Origin: Basidioascus undulatus
Lineage: Eukaryota
NCBI GenBank assembly: GCA_000826855.1
Contig: JTLS01000054.1
Location: forward strand, 1 to 36,953
Length of the DNA stretch: 36,953 nucleotides
Direction: 5' to 3'
Of this stretch, positions 10,448 to 20,814 are shown in pieces (the stretch's first letter is position 1; the number at the start of each line of letters is the position of its first letter). The position numbers and the translations under genes are program-made. The notes under the pieces were generated by a model. It worked only from the letters and a program-made list of their open reading frames with translations, ran no database searches and was not told the origin of the DNA.

Positions 10448-12610
10448 ATGTCTACCGAGAGATTGACGCCGACAACCGCATCTAGGCGTCCAGCGCCGTT
10501 CCAAATCATTCAGGCAAACGCGCAGTTTGTCTCGGTGGGCGACCAGCTCGCGACGCTCGCGTACGCCGCCGAGCGCTTCGCCGTCCTCCGCACGGCCGGC
10601 ACGGAGGACGGCACAGGCACGTCCAAGTCCACTTCCGGGCAATACCAAGATGCTCCTCTCGTCGGCTGTTTCTCACCTTTCAAGCTGTGCGCAGCTCGAC
10701 AGCCCCGAACGGCTGCTGAGCTGAGCGTGCCACTCCGGAACGTGATCGCCGTGAGCCGCGATCGGCGCACGGTCGTCGTGCGCTTGCTCGCGAACAAGGG
10801 GGGTAGGACGAGACTGGTGAAGGTAGAAGGGTTGCTGGGAGAGCATACGCGCGAGGGGGCGGTGGATGCTTGGGTTCAGGCGGTGAAGGAGGCTGCCGGT
10901 GAGTCCCTCCCTTTCAGGGTGGTAGGGAAGTCCAACGCTGAAAACTCCGGAGGCATCACGCAGGCGTCGTCACGGGTCGGAAGTTCAAGGTGCTCGTGAA
11001 TCCTATAGGCGGCTCTGGGAAGGGCAAGGAGCAATGGAAGAACATAGCGCAGCCTATCCTTGAAGCTGCAGGGTCGGTCCTGGACGTGACCGGTACGTCG
11101 CTTTCGTCCTTGATCCGAGCCAGTATGTCCATTCTCAGTCTCTTCACAGTGCTGGAGCACAATAAGCACGCCGAGAAAATCGCTGAGGAGATGAGCCTGG
11201 ACTTTGACGCTGTCCTTTGTGTCTCCGGGGACGGTTGCATTCAGTTCGTCTCTCTGTTAGTCTCCAACCGGCGCACGGCTCAACATCTTCGCACACAGCG
11301 AGGTGTTCAACGGGTTCGCTCGTCGTAAAGACGCTCGGAAAGCGCTCAGGCTACCCATATGTCCCATCCCGACCGGTGCGGGTGTCTATCCACCTCATCC
11401 CGCATCCCACCCCTCTGAGCGTGGTCTCGCAGGATCCGGCAATGCCCTGAGCATCAGCATCCTCGGGCTGGAAGACGGGTTCAACGTCCCATTCGCATGT
11501 CTGAACTCGCTCAAGGGTGCGTCAAAGCATTTGCCGGCCTTGTCTTCGGCGAGCTGACCTTCCGTCGCTCGCTCACCAGGCAAGCCAATGGCGCTCGACC
11601 TCTTCTCCCTTTCCCAGTCCGGAAAGCGCACGATCACGTTCCTCAGCCAGGCCACCGGCCTAATGAGCGAGCTCGACCTCGGTGCGTACCCATTCTCCCC
11701 CTCGCCGACGTCCCACTCAGCAGCTGACACGCCCACACAGGCACCGAGAACATGCGGTGGATGGGCGACAGTACTTCCTCCTTCCCCCCCGTCTCTCCCA
11801 CCTCCTGTTCTAAAGCTCGCTGCTTCCTTTCTTTTACAGCCCGCTTCGTCGTCGGCTACCTCCGCGCGTTAATCAAGAACGCCCCGACGGCGTGCGAGCT
11901 GCGCGTGAAGGTCGTGGAGGACAAGAAGGAGACGATGGTCGAGACGCTGCGCGAGACGCTCAGGCATCCGCCGCCGCCTGCGCCGGTGGATGCGGGGGAG
12001 GTGGCGGAGGAGGACGAGGGCTTGCCGCCGTTGAAGTATGGGACTCAGCCGGGCGAAGACTGGCTGTTGGTGAAGGACGATATTTCTTATATGTTCGTGC
12101 TCCTCTGTCTCTCGACTTTCTTTGCGATGCTGACGCCCGGATGCATCAGCTATGCCGGGCATGTGCCTTGGGTCGGCCGGTACGTTCCGCTGGTCCCGCA
12201 TTGTTTCCCGAGTCTAACAATGCTTCCGTCCGTAAAGCGACCTCAAGCAGTTCCCCGTCGCGCTCCCGAACGACGGCCTCATCGACGTCGCCGTGCAGCT
12301 GAACGTCTCGCGCCTCGCCAAGCTGAAAGCAATGGACGGTGCCGAGCAGGGGCTGATGTTCCACGACGACTCCGTGCGCTCCCTCTCCCCTCCTCCCCTC
12401 CTGCATCCTTTCTTCGTCCCGCTTACCCGAAACGCCCCTTGATAGCTGAAGTACTACAAAGCCGAGGCCTACCACCTTACGCCGGTGGACAAGTCCGCGT
12501 ACATCTCCATCGACGGCGAGCGCTTCCCGCTCGAACCGTATATGGTCGAGGTCCACCCGGGCCTGGGGCGCGTGCTTTCGCCGTATGGGACGTGGAAGTC
12601 GGAGTTCTGA
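10448..12610 (+). CDS. LCB4: Sphingoid long-chain base kinase (DAGK-family catalytic domain)
   Basis: Motifs KFKVLVNPIGGSGKG, VLCVSGDGCIHEVFNG, PICPIPTG|SGNALS, MALDL, FLSQATGLMSELDL|GTENMRWMGD, FPVALPNDGLIDV, YISIDGERFP and GRVLSPYGTWKSEF* (TGA 12608-12610). Confidence 0.92.
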
Positions 12611-12987
12611 GGTGTGGAGGAAGGTGTGGATATACCCCTGCAGACGAGTAATGAATACCCTTATCTAATACGTCTGCGTTGGGTTGGTGGCTTCGGCTGC
12701 GAAGACTGTATCCAGCTGCACAGCGTCAATCTTCACCCGAAACGTGATCTCCAGTCTGCACAAGGTGATCCCTGCATTCCGAACTTCATTCCGCGAGCGA
12801 GTAACTTGTTGCAAACCGCCTGTTAAACGGAAAGCGACGCTCCGCCGCGGGGAGCGGAGACTGCCAACGGACATATGCATGCGTCCGGTGCGCAGGCTGG
12901 TATACGCTTGACCAGCTGCCTCCAACTCCCACCCACCTTCACACGTTGCGCCTTGACTGAGCGCGCCCACCCACCCCCGCCATTGCT

Positions 12988-13787
12988 ATGCAACTGGACC
13001 TCTGGAACTTCGTGCTCAGATTTCTCATCGCTCCTGTCGCTATTGGTGAGGTGCTGAGGGACATACGGGCAACGTGCGTTCATCGTTCATCAGTCCACCG
13101 CTTCGACGAACGTTCGTCGTCTGGCTCATGTTCTACGTCCTCTTCGCTGCCTCGGCTCGAGCCTGTCTGGACCTGTACTGCCGCTCCGTCGAAGCTCAAA
13201 CACGCCGGATTATTTCTCAAGTTCAAACAATTTATGTTCTGTCAAGGATCGTCAACGATATTTCGATCTTCGTTCCGAACGCAGTTGCAGAGTTGAGTCG
13301 GGCGCCAATTAACCCTCTGTCTCGACAACATACTACCTCGCCTGAGGACTGTCTTTCGCTCATTGATCTCGAGAGCTCGCCTCAACCCCTCTATAGCCGT
13401 TCAATCGATGTCGGAATCAATAAAGACTACCCCGGCGACATTTATTGGCGCCGCTGTGTAGACTTCCTCGTCTTGTCTCGAGTCCGTGCAGAGTCGCGAA
13501 ACCTCGCCGCTCAACTTGAGATTATCTGGACCCTGACCAGCTGCACACTTTACGACGAGCTCTCCGGTGCCGTAAGCAGTCTCGAAGCCCACCACGCAAC
13601 CTGGAGTGGAATCTCCAATGCTCTTGACGCCTCGTTCTTCGACTCCATGAGCACTTTCATCGGTAGGCTCGAGAGGATTGCACTTCGCACCGATGTCCTT
13701 GACCCCGATAAGATGGGCTGCCTCGCTCACAGCTCTTGCTTCGAGGTCGCATGTACGGTTTTAGCAGCCCTTGTGAAGCAATGCTAA
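12988..13787 (+). pseudogene. Orphan family copy 1 (hydrophobic N-terminus, ends ..AALVKQC*); one frame discontinuity near the 5' end
   Basis: MQLDLWNFVLRFLIAPVAIG is in the frame of ATG 12988. The rest is in the frame of ORF 13074-13787 (VVWLMFYVLFAASARACLDLY..RRCVDFLVLSRVRA..LYDE..NALDASFFDSM..RLER..LAALVKQC). Confidence 0.65.
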
Positions 13788-14919
13788 GGAAGGTGGCGGC
13801 CGCGCGAGAAGACAGACAGTGATATGTCTGTTAAGCCTGTTGGTGGAGGAGTGTGGAGAGTGCTTTGCAGCATGTCATGCAAGGGACACATTCGAGAACT
13901 CAACTTCATAGAGCCTCCTCCATATGCTGCTTGAAACTCAAACTTCACTCTGAAGCAATCCTTCGGCATCTACTCCTGTGTGTTGAAGGGGACCAGTGGT
14001 TCACGAAGGGGTTCCGAATTGCATGCCCAAGCTGTTACCTATGTGTCATCCGTCGTTTTGCTCAACCGGATGGACGGCTCATGCAATAGGGCGGCATCGG
14101 AGAGTTGGAATATCCCGTGTGGGCCGTGTCCAAATTCGATGCAATTCTAGTGTTTGGAAGTTTCCTCTTCGCTGTAGTAGTTGGAAAGCACGGTTGGAGG
14201 ACCTGACGGCAAGGACACTGACTGCATCTAGCCCCATTCTCAGAGCGAGTTGCTCTATCACATTATACATTGATAATGATCCAAGATCAATTGCGCGAAT
14301 ATGTACCTGTGACATTCGGTGGAGTGAGGGCTGTCAGCTGCTCTTTCAACATGATCCCAGCACCTGTGTCAACAGCCACTGTGCGGTGTATCAAAACCTC
14401 TGCAGGTCGAGCCCCGCCCCGCTCTTCCGGTGTCCATCATCTGCTCTGCTAAGCTAAATATCCTGGCACGTCAAATCTTTGTTGTATAGTGAATGGACAA
14501 TCGTGGTATTCTTCGAGGAGACCGCGATGTACGAAAGCAACTTGGACAGGAAATTATCAGTGTTTCGTATACGACCGATCCTTTCTTCCCACCTTACGTC
14601 TATCAGGACTACGGTGTTTTTTTGAGAAAGTAATCTGCAGAACTGTTTAAACTATCCAAACATTGGAAATGCGACACGCAGTGCGTCTCAGTCTCATGCC
14701 CGCGTTCAGCACATCCCAGTCTCGCCGCATCCGCACCCGCTGCCCACTTTCGGCTCGCACTTGCCCTCGCCACTCACTCTCTCCCTCTCCCCCACCATCT
14801 CTACGCACTCTCTCACTTAATCCTCTCCCTTCCTCGTCGACATCCCCTGCTGTACTGAGCAGTCACTAACACCTCCCATCGCGCAGCACGCTCTACGGAG
14901 TTACCCTCTTCGCAGACTA

Positions 14920-15523
14920 CATTCCACCCACCTGCGCACGCGCGCCCAACGACTCGCTCAAAGAGCTTTGAGGAGTCTTCGATCTCATCGTATCTATGGA
15001 GACTCATCCTGTTCCCCGTCTGTCTCATACGCCCATGCGTTCTCCGGATCGCAAACAGCACCATCTCTTTCGTCCATCTCCTCTTCAGTCCTCTCCTCTC
15101 CACACTGTATTACTTTGGTTTATCTGATTCCACGCTCTACGGAACTACCTCTCCCACAGACTAGCTCCAAGCCCACACAATCTCGCACGCTCTGAGGAGC
15201 TTTCGAACCCTTTCCGACTCTGCGAAGTCCTATCTTCCCTCCTCGAGCGCCCATAGGTTATCGGTATCGCACCCGCCTCTCTCGTTCTCCGCCAGTGCAA
15301 ACTCGCCGAACCCTTCAACTCTACAGAGATGTCACTAACACATGCCACAGCACCACGCTTTTCGGATTCGAGCTGTCCCCTCACAACATCTCCGACTGTC
15401 TTTATCTCAAGAGTTCCTAGCCGCCAACGACTCTCCGAACCCTCCACGAGGACACCCGCTCGATTCCAGCCAGCTTCGCTCGCTCTCGCCTTCTGCACTG
15501 ATTCTGCACTTGAACAGTGCTAA
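14920..15523 (+). pseudogene. Orphan family copy 2, heavily decayed
   Basis: The upstream DNA ccacccacctgcgcacgcgcgcc matches ccacccaccttcacacgttgcgcc upstream of copy 1. It retains a hydrophobic SYLWRLILFPVCLI segment and the C-terminus PARFQPASLALAFCTDSALEQC*. Internal stops and frameshifts are present. Confidence 0.45.
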
Positions 15524-15909
15524 CATGGCTGTTGTACACAGTCTCAGCCAGTTCAAACTGGCTTGATGAGTAAGAAAACTTTATTGTACTGCCAGGATAC
15601 ACTGCCAGTCGCCGACCTTCGTGCCTGAGTGTCGCTGGATGACCCACGCGATCAGCGGAAACACATTCCAGAGGTTTGATACCATAATATACAGCATCAT
15701 ATTTGAGAAGTTTCTATCGATGTAATTAATTGACATGGATGGTATGGTTTCAATGGTCGCAAGCACTCCTGGAGCGGGTACCGGGGTCCGAACGGAGTGA
15801 AGTGCTCCGCTGTCCGCCCGCTTGACCACCTTAACTAGCCGCCTCCGACTCCTCACCCGCCCCAGATTATCGTGTCCTGACACAGCGCTCACCCCTACAC
15901 CTTTCAACG

Positions 15910-16762
15910 ATGATTCGCCATTGGTTGGTGTACATTCTCAAGCTCGTCTATGTTGTCGTCGCTACTGGCCGCTTGGGAGGCGCAGCATTTAGGCGATCTG
16001 ACGGGGTGATGGAAACCCCGGGAGAAAGTCAGCAGGGTGCTCTACGTGCTGTTACTCATCGCCTGGCTCGTGCTCTACGTCCTCCGCGTCGTTCCGGCTC
16101 GGGCCATCCTGGTCCTCTACCGCGTCACCATCCTTCTCCGCATACCCAGGAGTTCTTCTCGGGGGAAACAGCAGCTTCACGTCCTCTTGAGGGTGTTGGA
16201 GGAGATTTCGGCGTATGGTCTGAGAGCAGCTGTAGATCTGAGACGGACAATAGAAGCCAATACTCGCTTTTCCTCGCGGACACAATGCCTCGTGACCACG
16301 GCGCTTTCTCTCATCGACCGAGACATCGCGTCTGGATCGCAATACAGCCACTCCATCGGACATAGGTAGTCCTGATAGAGCGAATATGTGCGCCGTTGGC
16401 TGGACTTCCTCGTCTTGACTCGAGTCCGCGCTACAGAGCCCCGATATCTCATCGCTCAGACAGAGGACATCCTCCGGCGTCTGACTGCTTATCTTGCTCG
16501 CAACGCGGGCCTCGTGTCCCTTTACGATGAGTTCAGCTCTCATGCACTTCGCCGAAGCTCCCACGCCAAAGCTTCACGGCAAACCGCCGCGAACGCTCTC
16601 GGAGCCAATTTCATCGACGCGCTGCGCACCATGTTCGACAGGCTCGACCGGCTTTCGCATGGTGTTGAGTTGCTCGAACTAGGATGGACGGGGGACAGCC
16701 CGCGGAGCCCGCGCTTGGACGCGGCGCGCACGGCGCTGGCGGCGCTTGCGAAGCAGTGTTGA
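15910..16762 (+). pseudogene. Orphan family copy 3 (ends ..AALAKQC*); 5' frame discontinuity plus three clustered in-frame stops
   Basis: MIRHWLVYILKLVYVVVATG is followed by ORFs 16037-16369 and 16388-16762, which share a frame and are separated by TAG TCC TGA TAG. RRWLDFLVLTRVRA, LYDE and NALGANFIDAL..RLDR align with copy 1. Confidence 0.7.
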
Positions 16763-17245
16763 GAAGGGGCAGCGGGCCACAATAGATACGGGTGGCAAGC
16801 ATGATGGTTCGCGTATTTCGGCGAGCGGTGGCCACAGTGGTATAGAAAGTAAATGAAATCGATGAAAGTGTCTGAAATATCAGTCTGTCCTGTGTGTCTC
16901 TATGCACAGGAGTAGGAGCGTGAAGAAGGCTTTGCAACTAGGTGCAGCAATGCGGGCCGCACCGACCGTGTGTGTTGGACCTGATTTTTTACTGCGCAAA
17001 GAAGTTCCACTTGACATGAAGCATGCTGGGCCGCTTAAGAGTGGGCGTCGGCCAACGCTGCGCTGTGCATGTGAAGACCTCGTCGCTTCACTCCAGTGCA
17101 TGTGCTGCACGTCCAGTGCCACTTCAAAGCAAAGGACGCAGTTCCGATGCAGCGAGGCTCGAACAAACTGACAATGTCCTCGAATCCATCCATACATTCC
17201 CGCCTTCTCCCTCTCCTGTTTCCCTTCCCTCCCCCGCCCCTCCAT

Positions 17246-18479
17246 CTACGTCCCGAACCCCGCCCACTCCAACGAGAAGTACTCCGCCTCGCCCTTCTCC
17301 CCCCGCTCCGGGTCCCACGCCGCAAGAAGGTGCACCTTTTTCACAGCCGTTCCGAGCCGGCCGAGCGCGACGATGTCGATCGGCCGGACGGCCCCGCGGA
17401 CGCTGGGGAGGACGGTCACGGTGAAGTGGGAGTGGTAGCGGAGGGGATCCCCTGCACGTCGCGACTGTCATTCAAAAAGGAATGATTAAAGTGAGAGGGA
17501 TGGAGGAAGACGCACCGGGGTAAACCAAAAAGTCCCCTCCAAACCTAATCCCCCCACCCATGAAGTACCCCCTCTCCCACAGATCTCTAAACACATCGCA
17601 CCGCGCCTGCTCCACCCCTCTCGCCGGATCCGGAGCCGGATACACCCAAACTCCCCTCTCCCTCGCTTCTTCCAGCGTATGAATGTATGCCTCCGCGGGC
17701 GGCTTGTGCCATGGCAGCGCGGCGGAGGAGGTGGGGATGTGGAGCGTGTGAGGGGCGAGGGGAGTGGTGCGCGGCTGGGGTGGGAGGAGATTCGGTACTG
17801 GGGGTGTCGGGGAAGGGGTGGGTTCGTCGGAGGTAGGGAGAGGGGCGGAGGAGGCAGCAGCGGCAGCGCGCTTCGCTTCACGCTCAGCGCGCTTTGCAGC
17901 GGCCTTGGCGGACGCGGCGTCCCCGCCTGAAAGATCGCGCCGCTTGCGCTCCTCTTCGGCGAGCGCGGAGGAGACTTCGCGGTCGACCTCGGCGCGTCTG
18001 GATGCGTGCCAGGAGGCGATATCTGCGGATGCGTGCGGGGGCGGGATGTGCGCGGTGGGGTCGTCGATTAGGACTGCGAGACCTATTTGATGGGGGTAGG
18101 TGAGCAGACGAGAGGGGAAGGGAGGGAGGGGAAGGGGAGTGGGACAGAAGGGAAGGGGGGAGGCAGGACGGACGTTTCGAAGCAAGCAGCACCACCTCCT
18201 CCGGCAGCAAGACCAGCGGCGGGCCGAGGAAGATGTTCTGCTGCTGGATGGAGGGGAGTGTCCCGCTCAGGACACCGCAGATGTGGTAGTCCGTGCGAAG
18301 GCGGGCGATGGCTGGGTTTTCCCCGAGTGCATCTTTAGCTTGGAAAAGGAGGGTCGGAGCGGGAAAGACGCACCATCCGGATCCCATACGTATGCCTTGC
18401 CGTTGGACACGTGCAGGGGGACTTTGTCTGCTTCGGACGGGGACGCGGGAGGCCAGGAGGAGGGGGAAGGGGAGGACAT
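17246..18479 (-). CDS. SEN34: tRNA-splicing endonuclease catalytic subunit Sen34
   Basis: Motifs KAYVWDPD, LRTDYHICGVLSGTLPSIQQQNIFLGPPLVLLPEEV, VFRDLWERGYFMGGGIRFGGDFLVYP|GDPLRYHSHF, DIVALGRLGTAVKKVHLL and EYFSLEWAGFGT* (TAG 17248-17246). Confidence 0.95.
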
Positions 18480-18972
18480 CCCGGGAAGGCGGCCTCGTAC
18501 GGCGGGGAGAACAGTAGGCGGCGGCGGCGGGGGGGAGGGGCTAGGGTGTATGGAGTAGTATGAAAGTATTCCGGGCCGTGCCTGATCACTTTGGACCGGA
18601 TAGAACGCAGGAGACCGAGATGGCAGGAAGGAGGCAAGGCACGAAGGGAAGGAAGAGGGAAGACGGCGTGGGAAAGCCAGAAACTCGCCTACTCTGCACT
18701 CGCTGACTCGGAACGGAGCCACGGACTTGCTATCACAAGTTACAGTATTAAAGAACAAGAAGATTATGTTTATGTCTAAATTTTTGATTATACAAAGCAA
18801 TTGTTATAAAGCGGGCGCGAAAAGAACGAAAGGCTCCATTCGCAGTCTGCATTCTCTTCCAAAGTGCCAAACAGCGCCTCCGAAATTCATCAGACGCGCT
18901 GCCTTCGCGTCGTCCTTCCCTCCCCATCATCCTCCCTCTCTCCTCTCCACACCTACCTCCGCCCACCCTACG
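18480..18972. promoter_or_regulatory. Probable bidirectional promoter (SEN34 / POP7) with a central AT-rich island
   Basis: 493 bp between divergent ATGs. An AT-rich tract at about 18735-18830 is flanked by purine-rich DNA on the left and pyrimidine-rich DNA on the right. Confidence 0.6.
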
Positions 18973-19958
18973 ATGCCCCCCTCGCAAAAGCGCAAAGCGC
19001 CCCCCTCGTCCTCCATCCCCTCCGGCTCCTCTCCTCGCCCGTCCTCGCCCGCACCGGCGACGAAGAAGCCCCGGCATGGCGGACCCGAGGCTTCCACAAG
19101 CGCCGCCGCTTCATCTTCAGCACTAGTCCTAATGCCCAATCCGAAGTCCACGTCGTCGACCAAGCGCCCCCACCACCCCGGCTCAATCCGGAAGCTCGTC
19201 CCCCCTCCCCCTCGCCCGCGCCCACTCGCCATCTCCGGGCCCGCGGCGGGCGTACCTTCTACCAGCAAAGGCAAGCGGAGCAGTGTGATCTGCGTGTCGC
19301 GGAAGACAGAGGTAGCTGTGTATCTCCGGAGGGGGAGGCAGATTTTGGTGGATCACGGGTGCGTTGAGGGGGGAGTCATTGGGGAGGGAGGGGGAAGGTG
19401 GTTGCTGATTGGGAATGGATGGGTGGATGGGGGCAGGGAATCCCAGCTCACGCTGCACGCTATGTCAGCGGCGATCCCGCACATGCTCACGGTAGCATAT
19501 GCGATTAGGGACTCCTTGCCGCTTCCGGATCCGGCGAAGGACTGCAGCATCGAAGTCCGCACGGGCAGCGTGGAAGTGTCGGACGAGATCGTTCCGTCTG
19601 ATGAGGTCCGCCTTTCCCTCCTCTCCCTTCTACACCACCTTCTTCCCCCTCCCGTTCACTCTACATCTTTCCACAGGAGGAAGACATCCACCTCCAAACG
19701 CGCCTCCAGTCCTCCCTCACCCTAACGCTCCGCGTCCTCCGCTCTCCCGCGGACGCGCTCCCCGCCCTGAACGCCGCGGCCTCCGCCTCCACCTCCGCTA
19801 CCGCAACACCGGTGGCGGGCGAGCAGAGGAAGAAGCCTAAAAACCGAGGGAGGAAGAGGAGGGAGAAGGACGAGCGGAAGGCGAGGGCGCGCGCTGCCGC
19901 TGAGGAGGGCGGGGCAGGGGGCGAGGAGGGAGGGGAGGGGGAGAGGATGGAGATGTGA
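18973..19958 (+). CDS. POP7: RNase P/MRP Alba-fold subunit Rpp20/Pop7
   Basis: Reads IRKLVPP..ICVSRKTEVAVYLRRGRQILVDHG|ESQLTLHAMSAAIPH..IEVRTGSVEVSDEIVPSDE|EEDIHLQTRLQSSLTLTL. Introns at 19359-19436 and about 19607-19676. TGA at 19956-19958. Confidence 0.8.
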
Positions 19959-20814
19959 TGCGTTGTGATATTGACCGCCGCTTCTGGAGCGGGCTTTCTC
20001 TGATCTCGGGCCATCATTCGCTTCGAATTGACGGTGCAAAGTCGGAAGCAGATGTGCCCCTCGCTTGCTTCCATCTTCGATCGAGCCTCGCTTGGGGGTT
20101 TCATCTCGACTCGCATGCGCAGTCGCTCATCCGCGTCCATGTAGCTCACAGCGAGGGCGGATGATGGAAGGGGAGAGGTACCGCGGTCCAGATGCGATGC
20201 GAGGCGCTTGCTGACCGCTCGTCTGAGATCTGATCGTCATTTCCGGTCCCTGCAGGCATTGCGCTCACTTCATCTCGAAACTTCGATTATACCTCGCCTC
20301 GCTAATCCGATTTCCTGCGGACTTGCACCCGCAGTTTCCGCGCACCATATCTCACACCGACTCACTTTCTCGCTCTCGCTCGCTATTACGCATCGACACT
20401 CGACCCGTCCCCAGACTGGAGGTGGTTCTGTCGGACGGGAGAATCCTGGATATCCTGTAAGGGGATCAATAAGGGCAATTAATATTGGTAAAATTTCTGA
20501 GCCTAACACGAACCTACGCTGACCTGAACGTTGCCATCGGCAGGCAGGCGTCGACCCCAATCAGCTTCTCACCGGTTCCGAAGGATTGTTCGGCATCATC
20601 ACTGGGAGTTTCGCTTTTCGCGCGCAAGTGGCCTTTGACGTCGATTGTCGCGCTCCTGGCACTACGCCATCCTTCCAATCTTCCAATCTGTGCAAGACAA
20701 CCTTCAGCGCGACGCGCTAGCGGCTGCGCGAAGCTCTGGTATATATCCATGCATCTTCGCCTCTTCACTTTCACTCGGTACTCATTCCATCCTTCCATCC
20801 TTACATTCTTCCGC

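Noticed and set aside
20157..20218. Possible C/D-box snoRNA (GCGG-ATGATGG..CTGA-CCGC; CGATGCGAG complementary to 5.8S rRNA)
   Set aside because: The C box is imperfect, the element is only about 62 nt, and the 9-nt match does not cover the D+5 position.
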